Assembly: GCA_963748925.1 (NCBI GenBank)
Contig: CAVVKG010000008.1
Location: forward strand, 233,335-297,334
Reading direction: 5' to 3'
DNA: 64,000 nucleotides
Source: an uncultured Cryomorphaceae bacterium
GTDB lineage: Bacteria > Bacteroidota > Bacteroidia > Flavobacteriales_D > Cryomorphaceae
Part shown: one piece after another, positions 1 to 10,425 of the stretch
Layout of the letters: every line of letters begins with the position of its first letter
How positions within the stretch are numbered: position 1 is the first letter of the stretch
Notes under the pieces: generated by a model
The model's input: only the letters and a program-made list of their open reading frames with translations
What the model was told of the DNA's origin: nothing
Database searches by the model: none
Program-made: the position numbers and the translations under genes

Positions 1-364
1 CCATTTTAAGAGTAAGCCTTTTTCAAATCTAGTTATCGTTTTCTCATCTTTAAATCTGGAATACAGTGTGTCAGCAGGCCAGGGTGGCATAATACCATCA
101 GCAATTACTAATCGGATCGTTTTGGTTCGCTTTTTGGCATCGTCGAAACTTGTAAGAGGAAAAGGTCCGGCTCCATCGGCATGGTGGCAAGGTGTACAGT
201 TTTGAAATATTACAGGAGCAATATGCTGCCAGTAGAAAACGCTATCGGGTAATGAAAGGTCTTCTGATTTGGCCAGAGTGCCAGTTTCTGTTTCAAACTT
301 TGAGTCATCACATGCCCAAATGAGAAGTAGACAAAAGGAGGAAAAGTACTATTCTATAAAGCAT
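1..364 (-). CDS. haem-c (CxxCH) domain lipoprotein, N-terminal part only (runs off the window); apparent +1 frameshift inside the signal peptide
   Basis: The minus-strand frame is open from nt 348 to the window edge. It reads YFSSFCLLLIWACDDSKFETETG...VFYWQHIAPVIFQNCTPCHHADGAGPFPLTSF...GIMPPWPAD, which contains a CxxCH haem-c motif. No ATG/GTG/TTG follows the in-frame TAG at 349-351. An ATG at 364 in the neighbouring frame gives MLYRIVLFLL. Skipping one T of a T4 run (plus-strand A-run 333-336) joins it to CLLLIWAC, a lipobox. Confidence 0.5.
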
Positions 365-909
365 CCAACAGGTTTCGTTTCTTTGGGATGAATTTTATTT
401 CCCGATAGGAAAGAATTAATCGCATCTTTTAAATAATGGTCAGTGGCAGTAAGCCTTTTTTTGCCCAGCGAAATTGCCCAGTTGTCAATTGCACCCTGGT
501 ACATCTGGTTACCAACTTTATTTATCAAAATTGCTTCGGGGGTGATTGTTGCATTGTAAAAATCGGATATTACAAATTTAGGATCTAATATAAAATCCAT
601 TTCAAGGTCGTATTGCGTTTTGTAGCTATTCACTTCATCTGCTGTGTAGTAATTGCCGCTCACTATTCCTATAAACGAAATTTCATTTTCAGAATACGTA
701 TTCCTAAGCTGATTAATAGCTACAGAATAATTTTGACATAGCGGGCATTCAGGAGAGAGAAATAGCAAAACTGCACCTTTATCTTTAGCTAAGGAGCTGC
801 TAAGAGTTATTGGCGCTCCGGCAGAGTCAGTAAAGGTCTTTTTCAAAGGTGGTTCGCTTTTGCAAGCGAGCAACGAGAATCCGATTATAAATAAGACAAT
901 ACGATTCAT
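349..909 (-). CDS. thioredoxin-fold (redoxin/AhpC-TSA-like) lipoprotein
   Basis: 186-aa ORF with a signal peptide ending in the lipobox-like GFSLLAC. CPLC dithiol motif in the context LFLSPECPLCQNY. Confidence 0.7.
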   Translation of the reverse strand: MNRIVLFIIGFSLLACKSEPPLKKTFTDSAGAPITLSSSLAKDKGAVLLFLSPECPLCQNYSVAINQLRNTYSENEISFIGIVSGNYYTADEVNSYKTQYDLEMDFILDPKFVISDFYNATITPEAILINKVGNQMYQGAIDNWAISLGKKRLTATDHYLKDAINSFLSGNKIHPKETKPVGCFIE

Positions 910-973
910 TCTGCGAAATTAATAAACATATCGCGGATGTGATATGATCAAAATTCTATCTTAGCGGCTCTCT

Positions 974-2959
974 ATGTGGAAGTTTTTTAGACTATTTTTC
1001 ATTTTCGGGCTTTTTATTATCAGACTGTCCGACCTTTATTCTCAGCCGGTTGAACCGGAACTTGGTGAGTTGGAATTCACTAAAGAGGATTTTCAGCTGG
1101 AAATTCCGGATTTTTTTGTTTCCGGTGTCGAAAGGCAGGGAACATTAATTTGCCTCAATCAAAGTAAGCTTTCACTGGCAGGATATTCTGTTTCGGTTGT
1201 GATTAACGGAAAACGTGAAGAATTGCTTTTTCAAAATGGGAAGGCCACGTTCTCGTTGATGTTTGATCGCAATGAGCCACTTTCTGTCAAGGCGGGTGGA
1301 TTCACATATGTTAGAGATGTAAGACCAATGCCGCTTTGGCTTTCCATCATTCCGCCGCTAATTGTCATTGTTCTGGCCCTTGTTTTTAAAGAGGTAGTGA
1401 GCAGTTTGATACTCGGCATTGTTTCCGGAGCATGCATAACGGGATATTACGCGCACGAGTCTAGTTTGTGGTCAGGCTTATTCCGATTTATCGATACCTA
1501 TTTGGTAAATGCCATGACAGATTCTGGTCATGTTGCGGTAATGGTTTTCTCTGTGCTCATAGGTGGTGTAGTGGCCATTATTTCTAAAAATGGAGGGATG
1601 CAGGCTGTGGTCGATAGACTTTCCAGAAAAGCCACAAATCCCCGAAGCGGACAGTTAGCAACTTACTTTTTGGGAATCGCTATCTTTTTTGACGATTATG
1701 CCAATACTTTGGTGGTTGGTAACACCATGAGGCCGCTCACCGATAAATTGCGTATTTCTCGTGAGAAATTGAGCTATATTGTTGACTCTACTGCTGCTCC
1801 AGTGGCCGCCATTGCACTTATTACAACCTGGATAGGGGCTGAGCTCGGCTATATTCAAGGGGCCCTCGATACCATAAATTCCCGTGCCGGAGTAGCCTAT
1901 ACGCATGGTATTGACGACGGAGCCTACGCTATTTTTCTCGGTTCGCTCGAGTTTGCGTATTACCCCATTTTTACTCTTGCCTTTATCCTGATGTTGATTT
2001 TGATGAACCGCGATTTCGGCCCAATGTATAAAGCAGAAGCCCTCTCCCGCGAGCAGGGAAATGTGGGCAAGGGAGCTGTTAAGGCCAGTATTGATGTCTC
2101 TGAATTCGAACCGGAAGAAGGAGTGAAATACCGAATGATTAATGCCATTTTACCCATATTTATTATTGTATTCGGAACGTTGGTCGGACTTATGGTTACA
2201 GGCTGGGATTCGGAAGTGTGGAATGATTCAGCCACCTCTTTCGGGAAAAAGCTGTCGATTACAATTGGAAATTCAGATTCTTACAAGGCGCTCCTGTGGT
2301 CATCGATGGGGGGATTGATTGTAGCTGTCATTATGACTGCAGTTCAACGCATTCAAACTTTTCCTGAAACGGTGGATACAAGCATATCTGGATTTAAAAC
2401 AATGGTTAATGCACTGGTGATCCTTATTTTGGCTTGGTCGCTGGCATCCTTAACGGACGATATGCACACTGCAGATTATTTAGCTGGTTTGGCTTCCGGA
2501 ACAGTGGTGGAGTGGGCAGTTCCCGCTATAACTTTTGTGATTGCTGCGATCGTAGCCTTTTCCACCGGATCTTCATGGGGTACAATGGCCATTGTATACC
2601 CGTTAATGTTACCTCTTAGCTGGGAGCTTTCGATGGATGGTGGAGTGGAAGCAAGTGTTGCTCTCGGACACTTTTTAAACGTTACTTCCTGCGTGTTGGC
2701 AGGCTCTGTTCTGGGCGATCATTGTTCACCAATAAGCGACACCACAATCTTGAGTTCGCTTGCAACTCAAACAAATCATATCGAACACGTTCGCACGCAG
2801 ATGCCCTATGCCTTAACGGTAGGGGTCGTGGCCCTTTCTTTTACTGTGTTGTCAGCTTTGTTGGAAATGCCGTGGTATCTTAATTTTCCGCTTGGAATTT
2901 TATTGCTCTATTTAATACTCAGATTATTTGGCAAAAAAGTGCCCGAATCTTTTCCTTAA
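974..2959 (+). CDS. NhaC-family Na+/H+ antiporter with an N-terminal extracytoplasmic extension of about 120 aa
   Basis: 661-aa polytopic ORF. The block GIAIFFDDYANTLVVGNTMRPLTD and a second hydrophobic half are typical of the NhaC C-terminal antiporter family. A signal-like N-terminus precedes the first membrane block. Confidence 0.7.
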   Translation: MWKFFRLFFIFGLFIIRLSDLYSQPVEPELGELEFTKEDFQLEIPDFFVSGVERQGTLICLNQSKLSLAGYSVSVVINGKREELLFQNGKATFSLMFDRNEPLSVKAGGFTYVRDVRPMPLWLSIIPPLIVIVLALVFKEVVSSLILGIVSGACITGYYAHESSLWSGLFRFIDTYLVNAMTDSGHVAVMVFSVLIGGVVAIISKNGGMQAVVDRLSRKATNPRSGQLATYFLGIAIFFDDYANTLVVGNTMRPLTDKLRISREKLSYIVDSTAAPVAAIALITTWIGAELGYIQGALDTINSRAGVAYTHGIDDGAYAIFLGSLEFAYYPIFTLAFILMLILMNRDFGPMYKAEALSREQGNVGKGAVKASIDVSEFEPEEGVKYRMINAILPIFIIVFGTLVGLMVTGWDSEVWNDSATSFGKKLSITIGNSDSYKALLWSSMGGLIVAVIMTAVQRIQTFPETVDTSISGFKTMVNALVILILAWSLASLTDDMHTADYLAGLASGTVVEWAVPAITFVIAAIVAFSTGSSWGTMAIVYPLMLPLSWELSMDGGVEASVALGHFLNVTSCVLAGSVLGDHCSPISDTTILSSLATQTNHIEHVRTQMPYALTVGVVALSFTVLSALLEMPWYLNFPLGILLLYLILRLFGKKVPESFP

Positions 2960-2971
2960 GGCACTTATTAC

Positions 2972-5221
2972 TTAATCTTTATCTTTCCGCCAAAGCAAAG
3001 CTGGAAGAATGGTAAGATCAAAGAAGAGAGCAAAAAAGAGAGTAAGCGTAACGAGCAGGCCGATATAAAAAGTGCTCTGAAAGGAACTGAAGCAAAGGCT
3101 TATAAATCCACCAAACAAAATTATGCTCGTGATAATTAGTGCTTTACCGGTATAGGTAAATGCATATCTCAAGGCTTCAGAATTGGTGCGTCCATTCATC
3201 ATTTCGAGTTTGTAGCGACTTAGCAAATGAATGGTATCGTCTACAGCTATCCCGAAGGCTATTGTAAAAATAATACTCGTACTCATTTTTAAATCAATGT
3301 CCAGAACTGCCATCAGGGCGCCTATAGCAAGCAATGGTAATATATTGGGAACGAGGGCAATCAATACCATTTTGATTGAGCGAAACATGATTCCCATAAG
3401 CAGTGCTATGAGCAAAAAGGCTGTCCCAAGGCCTTTCGCTAAGCTGAATACCAGGTTTTGGTTGGTTCTATCAATCAAGGTTCCTGTACCAGTCACCTCT
3501 ACATCCATAGCTTTGCTAATACCTCGGGTCTCTATATAATTTGAAAGAGCGCTGTTGGCACTATCAAAATACTGAGCTCCATAATCACCGGTTCTTCCTG
3601 AGATTCTCGCATATTGCTGATCTTCGGCTAGCACAGGTTTTAACTTGCCAGTTTTAAATACTTCCTTGAGATCTTTCTCTGTTTTTTTCCAATCGCCGTT
3701 TGATTCGGGTATTCTATAAAATTCATTTTTGCCTCCATGCCGCATTCTATTGCTTTCTTTGGCTGCGGCCAATGGTGACAAAAGCGCATGCGCACCGTAA
3801 TTTTCTTTGAGATAGATTTCAATTTCACTTAGGTAAGCCATGTTCTGAGGAGTTAAAAAGCTGCCATCGTCATCTTTTAACTTTAAGCCAAGCTCAAAGG
3901 GGCGTACCCCGGCAAAATTATTATCAAAGAAGGTGAAATCTTTCCTCAAGGGTTCTTCTGGTTTTAAATCTTCAAGGATATAATTGTTAAGCTCCAGATT
4001 GGAAGCGGTAGCAACGAGCAAGACAGCCAAAAGCCCAGTTCCCAGAAACACCCATTTTCGGTAACGGGTAACCGGTTTTAAAATCCATTCGAGATATTTT
4101 TGCCAGTTTCCTTTATCTCTTTCTATCGTTTTTTGAGGTGGATTTGTCAGTACGAGCCACGCTGGCAACATGGAAATAGAAATGACATAGGCAGCAATCA
4201 CTCCTGCAGCTGTTATTACCCCAAATTCCTGCAGGGCAGGAATCCCAGTAAGGTAAAGAGAAGCAAACCCTATGGCAGTTGTTATACTTGTAAATAGAGC
4301 CGCCAAACCTGTGTCAAAGATGGTTTGGTGAATGGCTCTCGCTTTTGAAGCACCATTGCGTAATTCTTCCAGAAATCTGGAATATAGATGCACGGCATCG
4401 CTCATTCCCACAACAAATATGACCGGTGGTAGCATATTTAGTAAAATACTAATGCCCTTTCCCGAAAGGTTGAGAATACCAATACTCCATACAACTGCAA
4501 TTAATACTGTGGCCAGAGGAATTATAACCCCTCTGAAACTGCGAAACATAACAAAGAGCAGCCCAATAATGAATACCAGTGCAATACCCATAAAGAGGCT
4601 AAACTCAGTTTGTATTTTATTCACGTAGACCACTTGACCAATTGCGCGGCCCGCCAGATGTGTTTCGTCAAAATTGTAAGAATCGAGCGCGCTGTGAAGG
4701 GCTCCTGAAATGACATCCGATTTATTCTTGCTCAATTTGGGTTCTGTAATCACCACAATACTCACCGCCGGAGCAGTAGCCGAAAATATATTGTCGACCA
4801 GAGCCGGATCATTAAATACCCGAATTGAATCTTTTACGCGATCGCCTCGAATCACCGGGTTTTGAAAAAGGACACCGGTAAGCGGTTCACGTACATAATT
4901 TTTGAGCGTAGCAGGAGAGATGACTTCCTTGACGTGTGGAAGTGTTTTTACATCTGCGGTGAGTTTTTCGATTTCTGCCAGAAAATTTGGGTCAAAGGCT
5001 CCTGAATTATTTACAATTCCGATTAGGATGAAATCATTATCCGTTCCAAAAGTATCTCGGTGCTTTTCGAAATACTGAGTAGGTTCATCATCGGGTTTAA
5101 AAAATTTATCGAAATCGTAATCGAAAGTTGTGTTAGGAAGGGTGAGCCCAAAGAGAACCGTAATGACACCAACGGCTACGAGAAAGAAAACTGCCCACTT
5201 TTTATTCATTGATAACGGCAA
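2972..5221 (-). CDS. RND-superfamily / MMPL-type exporter
   Basis: 749-aa ORF. Two multi-helix hydrophobic blocks (about aa 190-360 and 590-745) are each preceded by a large soluble loop, the architecture of MMPL/HpnN-like RND transporters. Confidence 0.65.
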   Translation of the reverse strand: MPLSMNKKWAVFFLVAVGVITVLFGLTLPNTTFDYDFDKFFKPDDEPTQYFEKHRDTFGTDNDFILIGIVNNSGAFDPNFLAEIEKLTADVKTLPHVKEVISPATLKNYVREPLTGVLFQNPVIRGDRVKDSIRVFNDPALVDNIFSATAPAVSIVVITEPKLSKNKSDVISGALHSALDSYNFDETHLAGRAIGQVVYVNKIQTEFSLFMGIALVFIIGLLFVMFRSFRGVIIPLATVLIAVVWSIGILNLSGKGISILLNMLPPVIFVVGMSDAVHLYSRFLEELRNGASKARAIHQTIFDTGLAALFTSITTAIGFASLYLTGIPALQEFGVITAAGVIAAYVISISMLPAWLVLTNPPQKTIERDKGNWQKYLEWILKPVTRYRKWVFLGTGLLAVLLVATASNLELNNYILEDLKPEEPLRKDFTFFDNNFAGVRPFELGLKLKDDDGSFLTPQNMAYLSEIEIYLKENYGAHALLSPLAAAKESNRMRHGGKNEFYRIPESNGDWKKTEKDLKEVFKTGKLKPVLAEDQQYARISGRTGDYGAQYFDSANSALSNYIETRGISKAMDVEVTGTGTLIDRTNQNLVFSLAKGLGTAFLLIALLMGIMFRSIKMVLIALVPNILPLLAIGALMAVLDIDLKMSTSIIFTIAFGIAVDDTIHLLSRYKLEMMNGRTNSEALRYAFTYTGKALIITSIILFGGFISLCFSSFQSTFYIGLLVTLTLFFALFFDLTILPALLWRKDKD

Positions 5222-5358
5222 AGATATGCATCAGGACAACATGATGTATGGTAAAAAGTTTAGTGGTCTTTGCAATGCTGAAGTCAAGCATCTGAGAAGA
5301 AATACACTGGGCAATTATAGATTTATTTGCTTTTTAGCACAATGAATTGCGTGATGAC

Positions 5359-5394
5359 AAAAAAAAGCCGCCCCGATCGGCTGATCGGGGCGGC
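5359..5394 (-). terminator. rho-independent terminator of dnaK
   Basis: Perfect 12-bp GC-rich stem (gccgccccgatc / gatcggggcggc) with loop ggct. It is followed on the minus strand by T8 (plus-strand A-run 5359-5366), 30 nt after the dnaK stop. Confidence 0.85.
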
Positions 5395-5423
5395 ACATTT
5401 TAACCATTTAATATGCAAGAATC

Positions 5424-7325
5424 TTACTTCTCGTCTTTTACTTCTTCGAAGTCAACATCGGTAACTTCCTCGTCTCCGGTTTCTCCGGTCTCATTGGCAT
5501 TAGCATCGCCTTGAGGTTGTTGCTGTTGTTGAGCATACATTTCCTGAGATGCAGCTTGAAAAACGGTGTTCAGTTTTTCCATTGAAGTGTTTATCGCCTC
5601 AACATCTTGTGCTTCGTGCGCTTTCTTAAGCTCTGCAAGAGCATCTTCAATTGGCTGTTTTTTGTCAGCAGGAATTTTATCACCGAATTCTTTAAGTTGT
5701 TTTTCCGTTTGGAAAATCAAAGAGTCAGCTTTATTGATGGCTTCCACACGATCCATAGCTGTTTTATCTGCTTCGGAGTTTGCTTCAGCTTCTTTTTTCA
5801 TTTTTTCGATCTCGGCATCTGTCAATCCACTTGAAGCTTCAATTCTAATGCTTTGCTCTTTGTTAGTAGCTTTATCTTTAGCACCTACGTTCATTATTCC
5901 GTTGGCATCAATGTCAAAAGTTACTTCAATTTGAGGTGTACCTCTTGGGGCTGGTGGAATATCAGTCAATTGGAATCTTCCGATTGATCTGTTGTCATTT
6001 GCCATTGGACGCTCACCTTGCAATACGTGGATGTCAACTGATGGTTGATTGTCTGATGCTGTTGAGAACGTTTCCGACTTTTTGGTAGGAATCGTTGTAT
6101 TTGCATCAATCAGTTTAGTGAAAACACCACCCATGGTTTCAATACCAAGTGAAAGTGGAGTTACATCAAGAAGAAGTACATCTTTTACTTCTCCTGTAAG
6201 AACACCACCTTGAATAGCAGCACCTACAGCAACAACCTCATCCGGATTAACACCCTTTGAAGGTTCTTTTCCGAAGAAATTCTTAACTGCATCCTGCACT
6301 GCAGGGATACGTGTAGAACCACCTACGAGGATTACTTCATCGATATCACCTTTGCTCAATCCAGCGCCTTTAAGGGCTGTTTCACATGGTTCTATTGATC
6401 TTTTGATAAGAGAGTCACATAGCTGCTCAAATTTAGAACGGCTTAGCGTTTTTACAAGGTGTTTTGGTACACCATCAACTGGCATGATGTAAGGAAGATT
6501 GATTTCTGTTGAGCTTGAGCTCGACAATTCAATTTTCGCTTTCTCGGCTGCTTCTTTCAAACGCTGTAGTGCCATTGGGTCTTTGGTAAGATCCAATCCA
6601 TTGTCGTTTTTAAATTCAGCTACCAACCAATCTATGATCGCCTGGTCAAAGTCATCACCACCAAGGTGTGTGTCACCATCTGTAGAGAGAACTTCAAATA
6701 CACCATCACCTAACTCCAGGATAGATACATCGTGTGTACCACCACCAAGGTCAAAAACAACAACTTTTACATCGTTTGATTTTTTGTCAAGACCATATGC
6801 CAAAGCTGCGGCAGTAGGTTCGTTTATGATTCTGCGCACTTTAAGACCAGCAATCTCTCCGGCTTCTTTCGTTGCCTGACGTTGTGAATCATTAAAATAT
6901 GCAGGAACCGTAATTACAGCTTCCGATACACTTGTTCCCAAAAAGTCTTCAGCTGTTTTCTTCATTTTTTGAAGCACCATGGCTGAAATTTCCTGTGGCG
7001 TGTACTGTCTGTCACCTATCTGAACGCGGGGTGTGTTATTGTCTCCTTTTACTACTTTATAAGGAACCCTTGCAATTTCTTTAGAAACTTCATCAAAGGA
7101 GTTTCCCATAAATCGCTTAATAGACGAAATCGTTTTTTCAGGGTTTGTAATTGCTTGCCTTTTGGCAGGATCACCAACTTTACGTTCACCGCCTTCAACA
7201 AAAGCAACTATAGATGGGGTTGTGCGTTTTCCTTCGCTGTTTGATATAACTTGAGGCTCATTCCCCTCCATTACGGCTACGCAGGAGTTTGTGGTACCTA
7301 AGTCAATTCCGATTATTTTACTCAT
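5424..7325 (-). CDS. dnaK: molecular chaperone DnaK (Hsp70)
   Basis: 633-aa ORF with hallmark Hsp70 blocks: [41 protein letters not shown]. The C-terminal tail is acidic. Confidence 0.98.
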   Translation of the reverse strand: MSKIIGIDLGTTNSCVAVMEGNEPQVISNSEGKRTTPSIVAFVEGGERKVGDPAKRQAITNPEKTISSIKRFMGNSFDEVSKEIARVPYKVVKGDNNTPRVQIGDRQYTPQEISAMVLQKMKKTAEDFLGTSVSEAVITVPAYFNDSQRQATKEAGEIAGLKVRRIINEPTAAALAYGLDKKSNDVKVVVFDLGGGTHDVSILELGDGVFEVLSTDGDTHLGGDDFDQAIIDWLVAEFKNDNGLDLTKDPMALQRLKEAAEKAKIELSSSSSTEINLPYIMPVDGVPKHLVKTLSRSKFEQLCDSLIKRSIEPCETALKGAGLSKGDIDEVILVGGSTRIPAVQDAVKNFFGKEPSKGVNPDEVVAVGAAIQGGVLTGEVKDVLLLDVTPLSLGIETMGGVFTKLIDANTTIPTKKSETFSTASDNQPSVDIHVLQGERPMANDNRSIGRFQLTDIPPAPRGTPQIEVTFDIDANGIMNVGAKDKATNKEQSIRIEASSGLTDAEIEKMKKEAEANSEADKTAMDRVEAINKADSLIFQTEKQLKEFGDKIPADKKQPIEDALAELKKAHEAQDVEAINTSMEKLNTVFQAASQEMYAQQQQQPQGDANANETGETGDEEVTDVDFEEVKDEK

Positions 7326-7399
7326 TTGTGTTCGTGCTTTTTATTTTTAATTGGTAAGCTATACTCAATGATTATACCAATGCCAAAAAACACGAAATA

Positions 7400-7436
7400 A
7401 GAGCAGTTATGACACTTTTTATGTCAATTCAAATGA
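7400..7436 (-). promoter_or_regulatory. candidate heat-shock promoter/operator motif upstream of dnaK
   Basis: On the dnaK sense strand it reads TCATTTGAATTGACATAAAAAGTGTCATAACTGCTCT. About 30 of 36 positions align with the segment at 10286-10321 upstream of hsp20. It ends about 75 nt before the dnaK ATG. Confidence 0.35.
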
Positions 7437-7458
7437 CAAAACGACAGAAAAGGAAAGG

Positions 7459-8583
7459 TTACGGATTGCAAACATAGTTTGAACCTGCCCAGTCAATTAC
7501 GCAATAAGTTAATCCGGGCGCAGATGTATATTCACCGTTATTCATAATCTCTATGGTGTTGTCAAGAAGTTGAGCACTTCTGGCCACACGCGTTCGTGAA
7601 CCAAGAATTCCAATGGCGCCATTGTCAATATTGGAAACCGTAGTAAGCACCGGTGTAAATTCGCTTACAGGGTTTGCGGCTTTGAGATAGGCGTTGAGAA
7701 TGTCATTGGCACCAGTTAATCTAAATTCGACATCGCGAATGCGAACCTGGCTTATGTTTGGGATAGCCTTTATTTTTGGCCCGAAAGAAGCGAACCAATT
7801 TTCGCCGTTTACGGCCAGAGATATTACCCGCGAATTGTTTTCACTATTGTCCTGAGCACCTAAGTTGTAATCTATAAATTGATCTGTAACCGTGGTTCCA
7901 TCTGTTGTTACGTAATCAAAATTCATTCTTAATACGCTTAAATATCTCCCGGTGCCAGGACTCATGTTGTATCTGAAGTTGACAGTCCGGTAAGATCCAA
8001 ATGAAGGACTATAGAAATCAAGCTTTACAGGATTTGGTCCTCCCAAAGGATAAATGATTGTTCCGTTTGATATATTTGGAAAATCGGTTTCAGCTGTGAA
8101 TGTCTCACCTCGCGCTACTACTTTCAATTCGTATGACATTCGCGGTGTGTTATTTCCGCTTGCAGCATTGGTGATATTCGAAACTTCCTCTGTGTCAAAA
8201 AGCTCCTCGGTTGTATAATAAAAACCAACATCCTGATTGTAAAATACTCCCGGGTCACGCGATGGCTTAACAATATATTGAAGCTGAATAGAATCCTCCA
8301 AGTTGCCATTACGCTTTTTATAAAGCCAGGCTTCTACTTCTGAAGGACTATATTCAACACTATCTTTTATCTGTGCATAGATAGTGGCATCTCCTTCTCC
8401 AAGATAAGTCCTGTTGATGCGAACAAATTGAGTATCGGCTTTGTAATCTAAAATTCCAATTACGACGGGGGTGCTTTTATAAGGAGCAAGTAAGTCTACC
8501 TCGGTGCTACAGCCATTTATCAAAACAGAGAGGCTTATAGCCACGAGAGCTGTAAAAAGAACCGATTTTAATTTCATCACCAT
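7459..8583 (-). CDS. hypothetical lipoprotein (possibly DUF4249-like)
   Basis: 374-aa ORF. Signal peptide with lipobox (LINGC). No catalytic motif recognised. The family call is tentative and made from memory of the N-terminal pattern. Confidence 0.5.
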   Translation of the reverse strand: MVMKLKSVLFTALVAISLSVLINGCSTEVDLLAPYKSTPVVIGILDYKADTQFVRINRTYLGEGDATIYAQIKDSVEYSPSEVEAWLYKKRNGNLEDSIQLQYIVKPSRDPGVFYNQDVGFYYTTEELFDTEEVSNITNAASGNNTPRMSYELKVVARGETFTAETDFPNISNGTIIYPLGGPNPVKLDFYSPSFGSYRTVNFRYNMSPGTGRYLSVLRMNFDYVTTDGTTVTDQFIDYNLGAQDNSENNSRVISLAVNGENWFASFGPKIKAIPNISQVRIRDVEFRLTGANDILNAYLKAANPVSEFTPVLTTVSNIDNGAIGILGSRTRVARSAQLLDNTIEIMNNGEYTSAPGLTYCVIDWAGSNYVCNP

Positions 8584-8743
8584 TTACTTTTTTTGAATGG
8601 GTCAAAGGTAAGTTATTCATTAATATAAGTATCATTTCAATTTAGTAACGGCATTTTTTAACGGTGTCATGGCAGTCCAATATTACGGAACCATTTTCAC
8701 GGCTCGATTTTCTTCGCTAGGTTTACAGAAATTTCTATACCGT

Positions 8744-9559
8744 ATGTCAGTTCACTCACAAGTAAAACGCGTTACAACGCACACGCTTCGGGAAATGAAG
8801 CAGAAAGGCGAAAAGATAGCTATGCTAACTTCCTATGACTTCTCTATGGCGAGAATTGTAGATGAGGCGGGTGTCGACGTTATATTAGTAGGAGACTCCG
8901 CGTCTAACGTTATGGCGGGTCATGAAACCACGCTTCCCATAACGCTTGATCAGATGATATATCACGCTTCATCTGTAGTTCGCGCGGTGAAGCGTGCTCT
9001 GGTAGTTGTAGATTTGCCTTTTGGTGCCTATCAGGGAAATAGTAAAGAAGCCCTCACTTCATCCATTCGGATTATGAAAGAAAGTGGAGCCCATGCGGTA
9101 AAGCTTGAGGGTGGCATAGAAATCAAAGAGAGTGTTGAAAGAATTTTATCTGCAGGGATTCCAGTAATGGGGCATTTGGGCCTGACCCCGCAAAGTATTT
9201 ACAAGTTTGGAACGTATACAGTTCGAGCAAAAGAAGATGAGGAAGCCGGGCACCTGATGCGCGATGCTAAAATATTAGATGAGATTGGTTGCTTTGGAAT
9301 AGTATTGGAAAAAATACCTGCTCACCTTACTGAAAAAGTCTCGAAGAGTATTGATGTGCCTACAATTGGAATTGGAGCCGGAGCCGGTGCTGATGGTCAG
9401 GTGTTGGTGGTGCACGACCTATTGGGAATAACCAATGAGTTTAACCCACGATTTTTGCGCCGCTATGCCAACTTATACGATGATATAAAAGACGCGGTTG
9501 GTCATTATGTAAAGGATGTGCGTTCAAAGGATTTTCCGAATGAAAGTGAGCAGTATTAA
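8744..9559 (+). CDS. panB: 3-methyl-2-oxobutanoate hydroxymethyltransferase
   Basis: Conserved PanB blocks: [45 protein letters not shown] prefer the ATG at 8744 ([12 protein letters not shown]...) to the upstream ORF-track start at 8669. Confidence 0.9.
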   Translation: MSVHSQVKRVTTHTLREMKQKGEKIAMLTSYDFSMARIVDEAGVDVILVGDSASNVMAGHETTLPITLDQMIYHASSVVRAVKRALVVVDLPFGAYQGNSKEALTSSIRIMKESGAHAVKLEGGIEIKESVERILSAGIPVMGHLGLTPQSIYKFGTYTVRAKEDEEAGHLMRDAKILDEIGCFGIVLEKIPAHLTEKVSKSIDVPTIGIGAGAGADGQVLVVHDLLGITNEFNPRFLRRYANLYDDIKDAVGHYVKDVRSKDFPNESEQY

Positions 9560-10257
9560 TGGCCATAAGTACATTAAATAATTTAGAAGTGCTCTATGAA
9601 GACAATCATTTGATTGCTGTGAATAAGCAGCCATCAGATATTGTGCAGGGCGATAAAACCGGCGATATGCCACTGAGTGAGGTGGTGAAACTTTGGCTAA
9701 AAAAGAAGTACGACAAACCCGGAAATGTTTTCGTGGGCGTGGCTCACAGAATAGATAGACCCGTAAGTGGAGTAGTGCTTTTTGCAAAAACCAGTAAAGC
9801 TCTGGCTCGGGTTAACAAGCAGTTTAAATCAAAAGAAATCAAGAAGACTTATTTGGCTGCAGTTTGCGCTATGCCACCTGCTCAATCGGGTACGGCCAGA
9901 AATTTTATGATTAAGGATGGAGCAAAGAATCGCTCAAAAGTTGTAAGCGATAAGAATAAAACAGCGAAGGAAGCTGTCCTGGATTATCGCCTTATCGGCG
10001 AAAGCGCTCGCTATTTTTTTCTTGAAATAAAACCTAAAACCGGCCGCCATCATCAAATTCGTGTGCAACTCTCGGCTATGGGTTGTGTTATTAAGGGCGA
10101 CTTAAAGTACGGAGCTCCGAGAAGCAACAAAGATGCATCCATTCATCTTCATGCGCACAGGCTGGAGTTTATACATCCGGTGACAATGAATAAGATGACC
10201 ATTACTGCGCCTGTGCCTAATGATCCTGTTTGGAATGCTGTAGCTGGGTTAATTTGA
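9559..10257 (+). CDS. RluA-family pseudouridine synthase
   Basis: 232-aa ORF with the catalytic-loop motif HRIDRPVSGVVLFAKT and the downstream GRHHQIRVQL block. The start overlaps the panB stop (TAATG). Confidence 0.85.
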   Translation: MAISTLNNLEVLYEDNHLIAVNKQPSDIVQGDKTGDMPLSEVVKLWLKKKYDKPGNVFVGVAHRIDRPVSGVVLFAKTSKALARVNKQFKSKEIKKTYLAAVCAMPPAQSGTARNFMIKDGAKNRSKVVSDKNKTAKEAVLDYRLIGESARYFFLEIKPKTGRHHQIRVQLSAMGCVIKGDLKYGAPRSNKDASIHLHAHRLEFIHPVTMNKMTITAPVPNDPVWNAVAGLI

Positions 10258-10285
10258 TCCCGATCTGCCGAAAAGGCGACGAAAT

Positions 10286-10321
10286 TCATTTGAAATGCGA
10301 CAAAATGACAGTACTCGCTCT
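10286..10321 (+). promoter_or_regulatory. candidate heat-shock promoter/operator motif upstream of hsp20
   Basis: TCATTTGAAATGCGACAAAATGACAGTACTCGCTCT aligns with the dnaK upstream segment at 7400-7436 (sense orientation in both). It ends about 104 nt before the hsp20 ATG. Confidence 0.35.
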
Positions 10322-10425
10322 GTAAAAGCGCCAAAACGGCATGTATTTTAATCGATTTCTGTTTGGTCTCTGTTTTGAAAGGGGTGAGGTGTATTCAAAT
10401 TTCAAACAATAAAAACGAAAATACC

